The notes beneath the pieces were generated by a model that was not told the DNA's origin, made no database searches, and saw nothing but the letters and a program-made list of their open reading frames with translations. A stretch of 64,000 bases of DNA from Octopus sinensis. Taxonomy: Eukaryota. Of the stretch, positions 1 through 13,486 are shown in pieces. Each line of letters starts with the position of its first letter. The first letter of the stretch is position 1. The stretch is from NCBI RefSeq assembly GCF_006345805.1, contig NC_042999.1:117428001-117492000 (forward strand), given 5' to 3'. The position numbers and the translations under genes are program-made.

Positions 1-65
1 AACGACAGACGAAATACCGCTAAGCATTTCGCCCGGCGCGCTAACGTGTCTGCCAGCTCGCCGCC
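1..65 (-). mobile_element. tRNA-derived SINE family A, 5' head (cut by window edge)
   Basis: Reverse complement reads GGCGGCGAGCTGGCAGACACGTTAGCGCGCCGGGCGAAATGC, the same head as the copy at 7170. Confidence 0.85.
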
Positions 66-1279
66 TCATGCTTTGCATTATATTCACTGGAGAGATATAC
101 AATATTTACTGTTAGAAGTGGTTTGTAATTATTGAAATATGAATAATTAGACACTTCAAAGTTTGTCACTTGTACTGGAAAATGTATTGTACTGATGTGA
201 CTTACAATTGGAAGAGAATGTTACTCAATACTAATATGAAATTGATTGAAAAGATATCAATGAACCGCTTTGATATCAACACACCTGTGACCACCCTTAA
301 TTTTATGATACAAGCTTCCTACTTTAAAGTTATCTAAATTAAAACCATTCAGGAATGTTTCATGTTTATTTACTTTCCAAATATTAGGTTAATAACGACA
401 CGAAGTTATTTTACTAAATTCTTTATTTTTTAAATTAACGGAAACAAATAGAGTTGCATTTATCGCTTGTAAGCGAAATGACTGACTGTTAGGAATTGCT
501 GCAGGATTTTGAAAATGAGAGGGTATTAGTAAGATAACCTAAATTGAATTGAACTTTAACTGAAATGAAGACGCAACTGTAATGAAATGTTATATTAATT
601 GATAATCATAACTTTGAGCGATTGGTTTGAAGTAGAAGTTTGACCTAAACCTGAATGAGAACGTATCAAAAATTTGAAAGGTCTGCCCGAAGAGATGGGA
701 ATAGGTATTGAATGGCAAGAACTGGAAAACGATGGCTGGAAATGGAGTAGAATATATTTCCTCTAAAGTTATGAATAAATACTATTGCAACAATCACGAG
801 AGAATCATTGTGTATGAATAGAGTGTAGTGGTATGTTCTTTCGAAAACTGGAAGAAACCGTCATTGGAAAGTTGAAAGGACTGGCTTGAAGAGACCAAAA
901 TATGTTTTAAAAGAAAGGCTATGCATTTCCGATCACATAATGAATAATTGTTATAACTATAATGTACAAATGTGAAGTATAGCGTCAAACGCTGAAGAAA
1001 GGGGTTTCAGTTGTGATAGTCCTGTTTGTTTTTATATCACTATCTAAATATTAATATGCTAAGGCCCAATGCATTGCGCTGTGACATGATTAGTTGAAGG
1101 GAGAGGTGAAGATTGAGATAAAAAGAAGCAGAGAGAAGTGATAACGTCCTGCTTTAGGAAGAAAGTAATAGCTATTAGTAGTTAAAAAGTTAGTTGTAGG
1201 GCGGGATATATATAGAGTGTTAGAAACACAATGTTTAGCAGAAGTGCGAAGTTCTTGTAGTGAAGTTAAAGTAGTGTAG

Positions 1280-1317
<38 letters not shown>

Positions 1318-1975
1318 GGGGGGTGAACAGTTATATTAAGAGTGAGAAGCAAAGAGAGAGAGAAAGAGAGAGCAAGTGAGTGTTGACTGAAAGGAACGTA
1401 GGTATGGAAAGCAGTTACTTGGTCTTTAAACGTAGTATAATAGAATATTGTGAGAGACGATAAAAATAAAAGTAAAGTTGTTACAGGTTTTAGTGTTCAA
1501 CCGTTTCTATCATATATCTTCAATCTCTCCATATATCTATGTGTATAGGTTGATTAATTGACGGGTAGAAGATAGAAAGATAGAAAGATGGGTGGCTAGA
1601 TATATCAACGCATAGGTTAATCAAAGTGAAATAGCCGTAGCAAATAGCTGAGGGTGTCACTTTTATCTTTTTATGTGTAGCATCCTTAAAGGCCGAGGCT
1701 ATGCAATTATCTAATTTATTTTTGCTTTGTGTTATTTGGTTTCAATGTTTAGCCGTTTTATTTTTTGGAACAGACACCTACACCAAGAGAAATGTAAGTA
1801 GAATATCATAGATAGACAGATAGAGCGTTCCTTCGGTATGGGTATATAAATACAACAAGAGGCTCCCAAAAAGGAAAGCCTTGTGCTAGAAAGAGCAGTA
1901 GAAAGCTCAAACCAACAACTAAGGATAAATTCTCGAAAGGAATGAAAATTAAAAAAGATTTAACATCTCAATTAT

Positions 1976-2047
1976 TTCCCAGACCATGGTTTCTAACTAT
2001 TTCCAGCAAAAAAATATTTGCTGAAGACCAGTCTTCATCAGTGGGAA
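1976..2047 (-). ncRNA. Minimal type I hammerhead ribozyme
   Basis: Minus strand: TTCCCA-CTGATGA-agact...agtta-GAAA-CCATGG-TC-TGGGAA. Stem I is 6 bp, the triplet is GUC, the loop is palindromic, and there is an A.A mismatch at 10.1-11.1. Confidence 0.75.
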
Positions 2048-2153
2048 GCCTTTGGATTTCAGATATACATACAGCCAGATCCACATGTAAAACTAACTGC
2101 CTGTATATCCTAACTTTTCAGACCACTGCGCAGACGCAGTGTTCGATATATAA

Positions 2154-2243
<90 letters not shown>

Positions 2244-2593
2244 GTATGTATATATATAAACAGAGAGGATAGATTAGATAGATAGTTAGATAAATAGATA
2301 TATTTATTTATTTTTTTGTTGGCTGATTGCTCCTTCAATACTGACTATGTGGATTTTTACGTCTCAAGGATATATAAAAAAAATATACTTTCATCATACA
2401 GTTTTCAAAATAACCGTGCAATTCCCACAGTTGCTACTAGCTTATGTTATTTAACTTACTCTCTACTCAAGCCGGTAGGCATAAATAAAATGTATTGGCT
2501 GCTACTTCCAGTATTTCAAAAGACTAAATTTTTGCGAAGTGTTTTGAGCGATCTTGTCTCTCTATATCTTTCCTTCCGTTTCCGTTTATGGTT

Positions 2594-2710
2594 GTATGTA
2601 TGTATGCATGTATGTATGTATGTATGTATGTATGTATGTATGTATGTATGTATGTATGTATGTATGTATGTATGTATGTATGTATGTATGTATGTATGTA
2701 TGTATGTATG
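2594..2710. repeat. (TATG)n microsatellite
   Basis: Direct reading; produces the MYVC/YIHT pseudo-ORFs. Confidence 0.95.
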
Positions 2711-2750
2711 TCAGGTTATCTGTGCAGTCTCTCATGTTTGCTGCTGGTAA

Positions 2751-3527
2751 TATGGAATCCAGTACAACCCGTTGCAAGATCATATCATCGGTGACTAAAC
2801 CGGCACACCCTCTAGATTTGCCAGGTGAAAAGGTTTGCTAGAAACCCAGCAGAACTAAAAACAAGCCGTCAAACGAACGGATGAACCTAGTGTAAGTTCA
2901 ACAACTATCTAGCACAGACCCTCAGAAATTTCGGGCTGGGATCCAGCGTGCTGGAAGCCACTGGGAGTGAGGCTCCTCACAGTTTTTATTAAAGAATGTC
3001 TCAAGGAAAAGGACAATCTGATATAAAGGCAGATTTGCAAGGAATGACGTTGGACATTTTGCTTTGCACGTGAGATCATGGTGCTATCACATTCCTGAAG
3101 CGGCGATATATATTGACACTGGATATAATGCCCAGCTTGTCTTTAGATCATGTGAATGAGGTGGGGAGGGTCTGTGAGGCGTTATGAAAGCCTTATTGGA
3201 ACCAAAAATTTAAGTTGTGCAATCACCGCTGTGGTGACTATCCTATACCTGGTCGTGTAGAAAGAGGCCGCGGCGGGCTAGGAAGCCGAGGGTGCGAATC
3301 CGGGTGAAGCCGATTGTTGGTGCAATATCTTCGTGTACAGACATTACTGACACTTCGCATGGGAAATGGTGAGTGATGGTTTTCTCCAAGAAGAATCAAA
3401 GAGTCCATTTTCATTTCGCTCACGAACATGTCGTTTGGATAGAAGAACAGACTGAATAATAATCTGAGAGACCATTGAGGGAAAGTCGGAAATGCTATTG
3501 ACAGCGATTACGCAAAGGAGACGGCAA
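2751..3527 (+). mobile_element. Non-autonomous retroelement with RTE-like 5' head and an internal Tc1 transposase-like fragment
   Basis: The first ~170 nt align with the reverse complement of ~27840-28016 (CCAGTACAACC.GTTGCA...CGG.GACTAAACCGGCA). 3379-3450 translates to VFSKKNQRVHFHFAHEHVVWIEEQ. Confidence 0.5.
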
Positions 3528-3595
<68 letters not shown>

Positions 3596-3610
3596 TACAT
3601 ACATACACAT

Positions 3611-3687
<77 letters not shown>

Positions 3688-3704
3688 TAAAAAACGAGTA
3701 AATA

Positions 3705-4039
3705 CCCACATTGGTCATGAACGATCATGGGATTGCACCTACAAAGTTACACTCCGAGGCACCGGTCCGGGCAAGGTTGATTATAGAAGAACAAAAGTTG
3801 CCCATACATCATATCAGCCTCCCCTCTCTACGCCACCAATGTTATCCAAGAGAAAGGCAAAGGCTGATACAGCTTGGCACCAGTGACGTCGCAAATCATT
3901 CCTACAGCGGAATGAACTGATGCAACATGCAATAAAGTGTCTTGCTCAAGAACACAACATACAGCCCGGCCCGGGAATCGAACTCATTACCTGATGATTG
4001 TGAGCCCAACGCTCTAACCAGTGAGCCATGCACCCTCAC
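3705..4039 (-). mobile_element. tRNA-derived SINE (family C)
   Basis: Minus strand has A box TGGCTCACTGGTTAGAGCG and B box GAGTTCGATTCCC, then the core TGTGTTCTTGAGCAAGACACTT shared with the copies at 40666 and 55942. Confidence 0.8.
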
Positions 4040-4096
4040 CATACATATGCACATGCACGCGCACACACACACGCACATATACCTACAAACGTACAT

Positions 4097-4142
<46 letters not shown>

Positions 4143-4583
4143 GCATACATATGTTTGCTTATTGAAATACTCACACACACACGCACATGCACCCCCCTAC
4201 ACACACATATATATATACACACGAGTGTGTATATACATGTATGATTGTATGCATTTATTTACATATATAGGCGTACATGAAAGGATGCATGTGTTTAGGT
4301 ATATATGTGCGTGCATATATGTATAAAAGTATTTTTCTATGAATGTAAATGCATATTTAGATGGTGTTTCAGATTAGACGTACCACATCTTATTGGAGAT
4401 AAAAAAAAACCTAATACTTTTTTCCTTTAGTGGTCTTCTTGTCTTTCATACAACAAAAAATACGATGTTAAAAAGATATTTCAAAATCTTAATGTTTTTA
4501 CATTTTTGCTCTTATCTGCCATAATCTTATTGTTTCCTATCAGTTATGGGCTGCTTAAAACAAAACTCCGCCTACGTATAAAC

Positions 4584-4614
<31 letters not shown>

Positions 4615-4768
4615 TGTATGTATGTATGTATGTATGTATGTATGTATGTATGTGCGTACGTATGTATGTGCGTACGTATGTATGGATATAGATGTTTGGT
4701 GTATGTGTGTATGACTGCAGGTTTCTATGCATGCTTGTGGATGTTGCTGTTTGTAAGTAAAGTCTTAC

Positions 4769-4888
4769 AATGAATATACTAGAAAGCAAGAAAATTGTAA
4801 CAATAATGAAGAAAAATGTGTTACCAATATGATATGACAAGCAGCATTATTAGATCGAAAATTTCTTGTGTTTATTCTGTTCAATGGT
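4769..4888 (-). pseudogene. Candidate disrupted exon encoding a transmembrane helix
   Basis: Acceptor ctttctatag and donor gtaaga; NTFFFIIVTIFLLSSIFI; in-frame stops upstream. Confidence 0.35.
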
Positions 4889-5519
4889 CTATAGAAAGTA
4901 TCAAAAGAACATCAATGTTCGAGATTAAAAAAAGTGCTAATACGATGCATTACATTGGATCCATTACTTTAAAAATGTAATGCGTCTAATTGCCTTAATA
5001 AGATTTTCTTTTTACATGTGACACATTAAAATTTGGGAGACATGAAAATCAGATTTGTTTGCAGAATATTGGCAGCTTGAAAATGAAAGGAATGTACTTG
5101 AAAAGCCTGTCGATGTTATTTCATATCATTGGTGGTAGATACGCGTGGGAGGAATTGAAGGAAATAGGAACATAAGGAAGAGCTCTGATATTAATTAATA
5201 TTAATTGTTGTTAGTGACATGGGTGCAAATAAATGGTCGATATAAAATTAGATGAGAACGTAATTGAATGTTGGAAGGACTAAGTGAAGAAGTAAAAATA
5301 TACATAGAAAACAAAAAATATATAAAAAAAGGGAGAAAATTGAATTTCATCAAAGGAATTTGCAGAAAATATATTTTAAATAACGTAATAAATAATTAGT
5401 AGCAGTACTCGAGGTAATTCCGCAGTTATTTTGAAATCTGTAAAATGGTTAGTTTACAGATAACCATGAAACATACGTACATACATACATACATGCTCAC
5501 GCGCGTGCGCACACACGCA

Positions 5520-5553
<34 letters not shown>

Positions 5554-6402
5554 CATTTATCAATAAATACAAAAGTATAAGTACATTTATATTTATAGAT
5601 CTCAAGAGTTCTTGTGAAAGGAGAAAGGGGTATGAGAAAACGTGGTGATTACAGCTGTGGTCGTATCAAAAATGTCGGTACGTTTCATAGTGTTTCATCT
5701 CACCTTCACATTCGAGTAACTTTTCGCTCTCAACTTCATGTTTTTTTCTACATGTTTACTTAAAATTCACACGCTTTCTAAGAAGCAAGCTTCTTTGAAA
5801 CATCCGACTAGCTTTCTTTCTCTTTTCCCTCTCCCTCACCCTCTCCCTTTTCACTTCTACTCTCTGACGTTTCAGCAAAACCATTAATGCTACCACTGCC
5901 ACCATCATTTATAACTATCATTACCTTTTTATATTTTCTACATTTTAATCTCCCCTTTTCTCATACATATATAACGAAATCTACTCAACTGCGCGTATGA
6001 GTCAGTGTGCATGTGCACAAAGAACAAGTGTGAGTATGGAAGTAACTATATCTTTGTACTGACACGTATGTTTTACTTTCTTGTATTTTTATTCTCCTTA
6101 TACTTATTTTTCTTATTTTTCTTAATTACTCCCTGACTGCATCTATAACTTCGCAACAGAATCTGTCCCTTGGCATTTCTGCCCAACAGCTTAAACCTAC
6201 GGTCACTAACATGTATTAAATCCGAGCGAAACAGAGTTCATTTACATGAACTGGCTAGACGCTTCCGCACCGAGGGATGCACAGCAACTAGGTGTATATT
6301 TTACCGCCTGCGAAGGATCGATGCAGGATGTGTCGAAACGATCGTCGTGAGCAATAAAGCTTCCGGTGTATTCCACCTCCCGTCTCTATCATTTGTTTTA
6401 CA

Positions 6403-6472
<70 letters not shown>

Positions 6473-6940
6473 GTGTGATAGTTTTGTAAGGCATGTGTGT
6501 GTGTGTGTGTGTGTGAACGTATGCCAATTGAGGAAGTTTAATCACTGCGTACGCATACTGCTAAGAAAATGAGAACTCTAAATAGTATTTATTTCGGGAA
6601 TTGGAAAGATTAAATATTTTTCAATTCGTTACTTTGATTCCGTGTTGCATACATTGGATGCTGTTTGTAATAGAGGAAATTCGTGGTTCGCTGTCTAGGA
6701 GAGGTTGAAGGCGTACTGGGGTGAAGTGCTATTGGAGGTCTGAAGTGGCAGGTGCATATACGAGGGTGTCCTTGGTGAGTGAGCAGTGGCTAGGCAAACA
6801 ATGTGTTGTCAGTGAAAGGAGATTAAAATCCGATTACTGGGTTTAATAAGTATTTTGGGTGATATTGAGTGGTACGGTAAGTGATTGGCTTTTAATCGAT
6901 ATATATATGTATATATATATATGTGTGTGTGTGTGCGTGT

Positions 6941-7135
6941 GGAGGCGCAATGGCCCAATAGTCAGGGCAGCGGACTCGCGGTCGTAGGATCGCAGTTTCG
7001 ATTTCCAGAATGGGCATTGTGAGTGTTTATTGATCAAAAACACCTAAAGCTCCACGATGCTCCGGCTGGGGGTGCTGGTGAACCCTGCTGTACTCTTTCA
7101 CCACAACTTTCTCTCACTCTTTCTTCCTGTTTCTC
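6941..7135 (+). mobile_element. tRNA-derived SINE (family D); head repeated at ~7437-7482
   Basis: GGAGGCGCAATGGCCCAATAGTCAGGGCAGCGGACTCGCGG...GTTTCGATTTCC is a tRNA-like A/B box head. Confidence 0.7.
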
Positions 7136-7169
7136 CACACACACACACATATATATATACATATATATA

Positions 7170-7390
7170 GGCGGCGAGCTGGTAGAAACGTTAGCACGCC
7201 GGGCGAAATTCGTAGCCGTATTTCGTCTGTCGTTACGTTCCGAGTTCAAATTCCGCCGAGGTCGACTTTGCCTTTCATCCTTTCGGGGTCGATAAATAAA
7301 GTACCAGTTACGCACTGGGGTCGATGTAGTCGACTTAATCCCTTTGTTTGTCCCCTCTGTGTTTAGCCCCTTGTGAGTAGTAAAGAAATA
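7170..7390 (+). mobile_element. tRNA-derived SINE family A, full length
   Basis: GGCGGCGAGCTGGTAGAAACGTTAGCAC...GAGTTCAAATTCC...GCCTTTCATCCTTTCGGGGTCGATAAA; many copies in the window. Confidence 0.9.
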
Positions 7391-7738
7391 TATATACATA
7401 TATATATGTGTGTGTGTGTGTGGGTGTGTGCATGCACGCAATGGCCCAGTAGTCAGGGCAGGGGACTCGCAGTCGTAAGATTAACAAACCCCAAACATAC
7501 CTAAATTCCATATATATAATCACAAAGCCCTAAATCCTCAGATCTGTTTGACAACGAATGCGAGAAAGTTCTCCAAAAAGTTAAGGAATTGTTAAAAAAA
7601 TTCTCTATACCCAAGTTAACAAATAACTTACTAGATCTATGAACTAAAATTGATATTATTAAAGAACTAAAAAATAATAACCAACAGTGATTAGAACTAC
7701 CAGTGAAGTCATTCTTTTTCTTTTTTCATATATATATA

Positions 7739-7815
<77 letters not shown>

Positions 7816-7821
7816 TGTGTG

Positions 7822-7867
<46 letters not shown>

Positions 7868-7936
7868 CTATCTATCTATCTAATCTATATAATTTAGTGC
7901 ACAATATATGGGTTTAACTAATCCTGTGGTACTTAC

Positions 7937-8148
7937 AAAAAGCTCTATTAGTGGACCAGGCTACAAACCACATAGTAAACCAATACATTGGGGTATAATG
8001 TAGAGTCCAATGACAATGAAGTTCAGTAAATCCAATCAGTGAAAACTATTTCATGAGGAGTATATAGAACAGAATGAAAGTTAGGAGGTATGAAATGAAT
8101 ATATTTATTTCTCCAGCTGATATCTATAAGATTACGTTTGTTCCGTTG
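7937..8148 (-). pseudogene. Candidate exon (FN3-like), one frameshift
   Basis: Strong acceptor tttttccatcattttag and donor gtaagt. Reads QRNKRNLIDISWRNKY...DWI/TELHCHWTLHYTPMYWFTMWFVAWSTNRAF if one T is removed. Confidence 0.4.
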
Positions 8149-8737
8149 CTAAAATGATGGAAAAATAATTTGTTTTAGTGTATAGTATATTATTTTAGAT
8201 GTCTGCACTAGTCTATGTGTTATAAAATATTAGCTTGTACATTTTACAAGATAATGTATGTGTACAAATCTAGCTCTTCAAATCCACGCAGTTTCATGAT
8301 TACATCCATTCTTCGACCTCAATATACACATACAAAAAGTCATCATCGAAATATTAATGTCTACCTTAATATTTCAAAGATGACGCATATAACTCATCGT
8401 TAAAACTGAATCCTATTTTAACTCGAGGTCTGAAATTGTTGAAACGTATAACAAACAGTTCGGTAAAAACAGTGTTATTAAACTTTACCATGACGAAAAG
8501 ACTGGAATTTGTAACGTAAGGCAGACTACCTTGATCTTGATCATCTCGGTTTTATTATCTGGATAAAGAGTTAGTTCTATGGTGTAAATAGCTAGCACCC
8601 TGGATTTGAAACCAGGAACCCGAGTTCAAACTTCGGAAGAATTTAATTCTTAGTCATTCAACTTTTAAAAATGAAATTAAATACATTATAAAGATCATTG
8701 TCTGAAGCAAAATGTCTTTGTACCGCATGAATTTTAA

Positions 8738-8997
8738 GAATAGTAAAGTTTATTTGCTAACATAATGTGGCAGTCCTGACTAGGACCTTGTTATTACTTT
8801 TTAACCCCAGGAAAACATCTTTTCCAGCTGGTTTGTCGACACCTGAAGACACACACACACACATGAACACACAGAGAACACACGCAGATCATGTATTGAT
8901 AAGCCAGCTGGAAAAAATCTTTTCCAGGGGTTAAAAAGTAGCAACATAGTCTTAGTCAGGACTGCCACATTATATAAGCAAATAAACTTTACTATTC
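8738..8997. repeat. Inverted repeat, ~105 bp arms, CA-rich spacer
   Basis: 8738-8842 is the approximate reverse complement of 8893-8997. Confidence 0.9.
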
Positions 8998-9099
8998 AGT
9001 AGTTACTACATAGATCTCAAACAGTTAATTTTAAGAATGAATCCACGCTATTTTAATACTCTTATACATAAATGCATACACAAATAAATATATACATAC

Positions 9100-9338
9100 A
9101 GTCAATATTTCTGTAGGTACCTGTATTCCATCATAATTAAAATTTTTCATGCTTATTCTTCTGACAGTTGAATTTGACATAACGATGATATCACCAATAG
9201 AAGTGTTAAGACAAGTGTGGGATGGTTCTTGGTATAATATCAAATATCTTCCTCCGTTATTGCATTTCATATTTTAAGTTGGTAATATTCATATATTGTT
9301 TCACTATTATCTCTTTGTCTATCTTGAACATAGTAGAT
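9100..9338 (-). pseudogene. Candidate exon (extracellular domain), one frameshift
   Basis: Acceptor ttcacag and donor gtatgt; MKCNNGGRYLILYQEPSHTCLNTSIGDIIVMSNSTVRR...VPTEILT. Ends in phase 0, matching the 8148 exon. Confidence 0.4.
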
Positions 9339-9542
9339 CTGTGAATTAAACATTAATATATTAATGTTATTGTCAATTTATACAATGACATTCTTATAAA
9401 TTTATTGTCTAACCTCTCAGGTGGAAATACAGCCAAATCTATATTTTCAAAGCAATGAAATAATATAATATAAACTTTAACACACATGTCCGTCATAGCA
9501 GACACAAATATACAAATTCAGTAACTAGACCCGCATACACAT

Positions 9543-9595
<53 letters not shown>

Positions 9596-9834
9596 CGGGT
9601 GTGTGTGTGTATACAGTGATGCAGTGGTCTCTAGCATTTACATGATACAGAAAATGCTTATTTTTTATTTTGTTACAATTTTGAATGTATTTTTCAATTC
9701 TATCTTTGGTGTTTTATAGTAAATATCGCCATCCATCCATCCATCCATCCATCCATCCATCCATCCATCCATCCATCCATCCATCTATCTATCCATCTAT
9801 CTATCTATCTATCTCTCTCTCTCTCTCTCTCTCT

Positions 9835-9891
<57 letters not shown>

Positions 9892-9915
9892 GTGTATGTG
9901 TGTGTGTGTATAGTA

Positions 9916-10229
9916 TAAAAAGTAGTGGGTAAGGTCAAAACAATGCGAAGTAAATGCAAGGTAAATCACAAGAAACAAATATGTGAATTAATGTAAACTT
10001 ACCTTGTCTTCAATATTTCGGGGTTATGACCCCATTTCCAAGAAATTGACGAATGTTACCAATGTGTCTGTGTGTGAGCACATAGGCAACATTCGTCAAT
10101 TTCTGAAAATGGGATCATAACTCCGAAATATTGAAGACAAGATAAGTCTACATTAATTCATATATTTGCTTTCTTGTGATTTACCTTGCATTTACTTCGC
10201 ATTGTTTTGACCTTACCCACGATCTTTTA
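9916..10229. repeat. Inverted repeat, ~150 bp arms, ~12 nt spacer, with decayed hammerhead-like core
   Basis: 9916-10066 vs 10079-10229; the right arm has CTGAAAATGGGATCATAACTCCGAAA. Confidence 0.9.
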
Positions 10230-10584
10230 CACAATATGTTTTACACCATGCTTCATAGTAATTATTCCATTATAATATATACATATAATATATAGATACA
10301 TATATATATATATCTACTTCATGTATTTATATATATGACAATTTATAATAAACACACACACACAAATATACAAGTTTATCAAGTCTATACATGTATTGTA
10401 ATAACGTATTATAGTGTATATCTACATACTTATCACCCAATAGTGTGTTACAACGATTGTAAGCAATGTGTCTATATAATATGTTCGTGAGCAGAAAAAT
10501 AGGGAATATTTGTACATACGCATTTCGGCTCTTGTTTAAATCTTCACCAGCAACTAACTACTCTTTAACTATCTAACGAACACA

Positions 10585-11719
10585 TCTCTCTATATATAAA
10601 CGGCAGTTTGTCTGTCTGTGTGTCTGTGTGTCTGTCAGGTTCTACCCTCACCCTGATCACGGCTTTCAACCGATTCTGATGAAACTTGACACACACATAG
10701 CCCAATGTCATAATTCAAAACTAACGCAGCGAAAATTTTGCAAAGTTCTCCCAGTTCTGAAAAAAATCGATAAATTCGACATGGGGTCTAGAATCTAAGT
10801 TTTTTATATGCAACACCTTTTCTGTTGTAGTTTTCACAACTTGCAATCGATTTTCACCAAACTCACGGTGAAGCTTAATGTTACCCTAAGAAACTTAATT
10901 CTGACGTTAGTTTTCCATGCAATACCTTACCATAAAAAAAAATCGATAAAATCATGCCATTTTGGGAAATCGCGTTCAAATTCAAGATGACATATTTTCG
11001 ACAATATCTTTAACAAATTGGCAGTATCTTTTTTAAAAATTCACAGCGAGCATTATGTCTGCTCCAAGGAGCTATATGGCCCTTTTTATTCCAATAGGAT
11101 ACTTTATTACTGGAAAAAATCGGTTAATTAAATCATATGTGACACACATAGCAAACCGATTTGTCTAGGGGACGCAACTCGACCTTTTTAACTCGGAACA
11201 CGTGGGGTAAGTATCCCAAAATGTATAAAAATGTACAAAAACGGCAAAAAGGCGGGCATCAATGTGAGTGACAACAACGAAAAAGTCAAAAGTGACCAAA
11301 CTGAATAAACGAATGGAAAAGGTTTTTTGGTGCACACGACAAAAGCGGTTTATAACAAACCAAGAGTTTGCAAGTACGTCGAGGACCCTTAGGGTACGTC
11401 AAAAATTTAAGGTAAAACGTTTGGGGTGGTAGTTATAAATAAAGTTTAAACAAAAAAAGTATTCGAATAACTTGCGGCTGCAGCAGCTATTAGCAGAAGT
11501 GGCGGTGTTGGGGGTAAAGTCTCGAATGTAATTTCTTCCTGGTAGGAATTGGTTAGGTTGAATTATCGATAGCTGTTTGATAGTTATTTGGGAGTGAAGA
11601 GAAATCATTGCAACCTACACATGCGCCTTTGTTCCCTAGAGGGAAAGGACTAGATTGGGATTAGTCGTTGCCTACTAGGGGCTCTTACATACCCGGGCAA
11701 CGCCGGGCTATGCTGCTAG
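10585..11719 (+). mobile_element. Non-autonomous Helitron
   Basis: 5' TC after A10584 (TCTCTCTATATATAAA), 3' hairpin CCCGG-gcaacg-CCGGG at 11692-11707, terminal CTAG then T; no TSD. Confidence 0.8.
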
Positions 11720-12053
11720 TTGCTTATAAAGTTTTAATCGGGAGTTAAGTAAATTGAATCAACCCATCACATAATGAATGCTACGGCTTTAAAACTGTTC
11801 AGACTTACCCCTCCTTCGTATTTCTCATTGAAAACGGCTAAAGAGCTAAAAATGCTGCGTCTGGAAATCCGACAGAGGGCAAGACTGGGCGGCTATAGTG
11901 TTTTATTAACCTTTTAACGTAAGAGAGAATTCTTTCTCCGCAGTAACGCAACTCCAGTGAAATTGTCTTTACAAATTGAAATATGTTATAAGAATATTCT
12001 AACTAACGTAAATTTCGCTTATTCCTAAACACTGCTTCACGTTGTTACAGGTG

Positions 12054-12055
<2 letters not shown>

Positions 12056-12138
<83 letters not shown>
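12056..12138. repeat. (CA)n microsatellite
   Basis: Direct reading. Confidence 0.95.
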
Positions 12139-12141
<3 letters not shown>

Positions 12142-12209
12142 ATACGTTATACGTTTTAATTTGTGCTGAAGCACCGCATTTTGTCGAGCAAATCAATCCC
12201 AGAACTTAT

Positions 12210-12258
<49 letters not shown>

Positions 12259-13445
12259 TCCTCTGTATATTTATGTATATTTATATGTATACACGCACAC
12301 ACACACACACACACACACAACACACACACACACACACATATATGCATTAATACGCGTATACACTGATGCCAAACTCACACATACTTATATTGTTTGGAAC
12401 AGAAATTATCAGATTATGAGCGTTTTTAGAACATCCCATCGTTAAGGAAGTGGCTATTGGCCTAATGTAAAGCTACCGTTTTTATCCTATCTGAGAATCA
12501 TGAAATAGATACTGAGTTGCTTTCATTATCACTGTATTTGAAACATAAAAACGTTAAAATTCGGTTTCTTCCGGCAATTAGAAAGAAATTAAAATTTTGT
12601 ATGTTCTAGACATCATTATCGGTGGTTTATTAATTTTTTGATTTATTGTATTTCGCGATTAATATAGCTTCTAGGATTAATTTATAAAGTTTCCCTTACA
12701 CTCTATATAGGAGAGCTGTGCTATCAACTATTATTTTTATAAATATATTTTAGCATTGTGATGTGTATTGGTGTGGCTGCAATGGATCCTTGTAAATACG
12801 AGAACATGTGAAAAGATTTGGTAAGAGGAAACGAAAAAAAAAGCTCTTCTTCTTAATGATAACACTTTCATACAACATAGACATACATACACAAATTCAT
12901 ACATAAATGCATAGGTACATAAATACAGACATACAAACGAATATAAACAGATATGCACACACACTCACACGTATGTATATATACACACACACACATATAT
13001 ATATGTATATGCATATATGAATAGATATATTAATATATATATATATATATTATATATATATAATATATATATATATTATATATATATATATTATATATAT
13101 ATATAATAAAATATTAGGGAATAAATCCAAACTTACAGGGAAAAATCAGATTTAGGATAAATCCAATTTTATAGTATAAATATATTATTTATATTATATT
13201 AAATTAGAGATAAAACCACTGTCAAAAATTGTGAAGCATGACTGTCACCACTATTACACGGACCTGAAGATTGCAGGATTTAATGCATGAAAGTACTACT
13301 TCAATCAGAATGAACATTTAACATTCTATTATTTTATTTTATTTTATTATATTATATTATCTTATATCATTATAAGATTGTAAATAAAACGTGAAAATCA
13401 GACATGGTTGGAATTCCTTTTAATATATGTATATATATATATATA

Positions 13446-13486
<41 letters not shown>

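Noticed and set aside
600-990. Coding-like purine-rich stretch (FN3-like or Helitron helicase-like words on either strand); similar at 5050-5330
   Set aside because: Conflicting readings with many stops; strand and product cannot be assigned.
1050-1815. Possible reversed Helitron-like element (similar ends at ~23100-23230 and 28020-28110)
   Set aside because: Terminal hairpin and CTAG are too degenerate to support.
7170-7260. tRNA-like A/B boxes
   Set aside because: SINE heads with no complete cloverleaf; no tRNA genes called.
13264-13310. CTGAAGA-ttgca...tgcat-GAAA-GTAC-TA
   Set aside because: Core and palindrome are present but stem I cannot form; at best a decayed copy.
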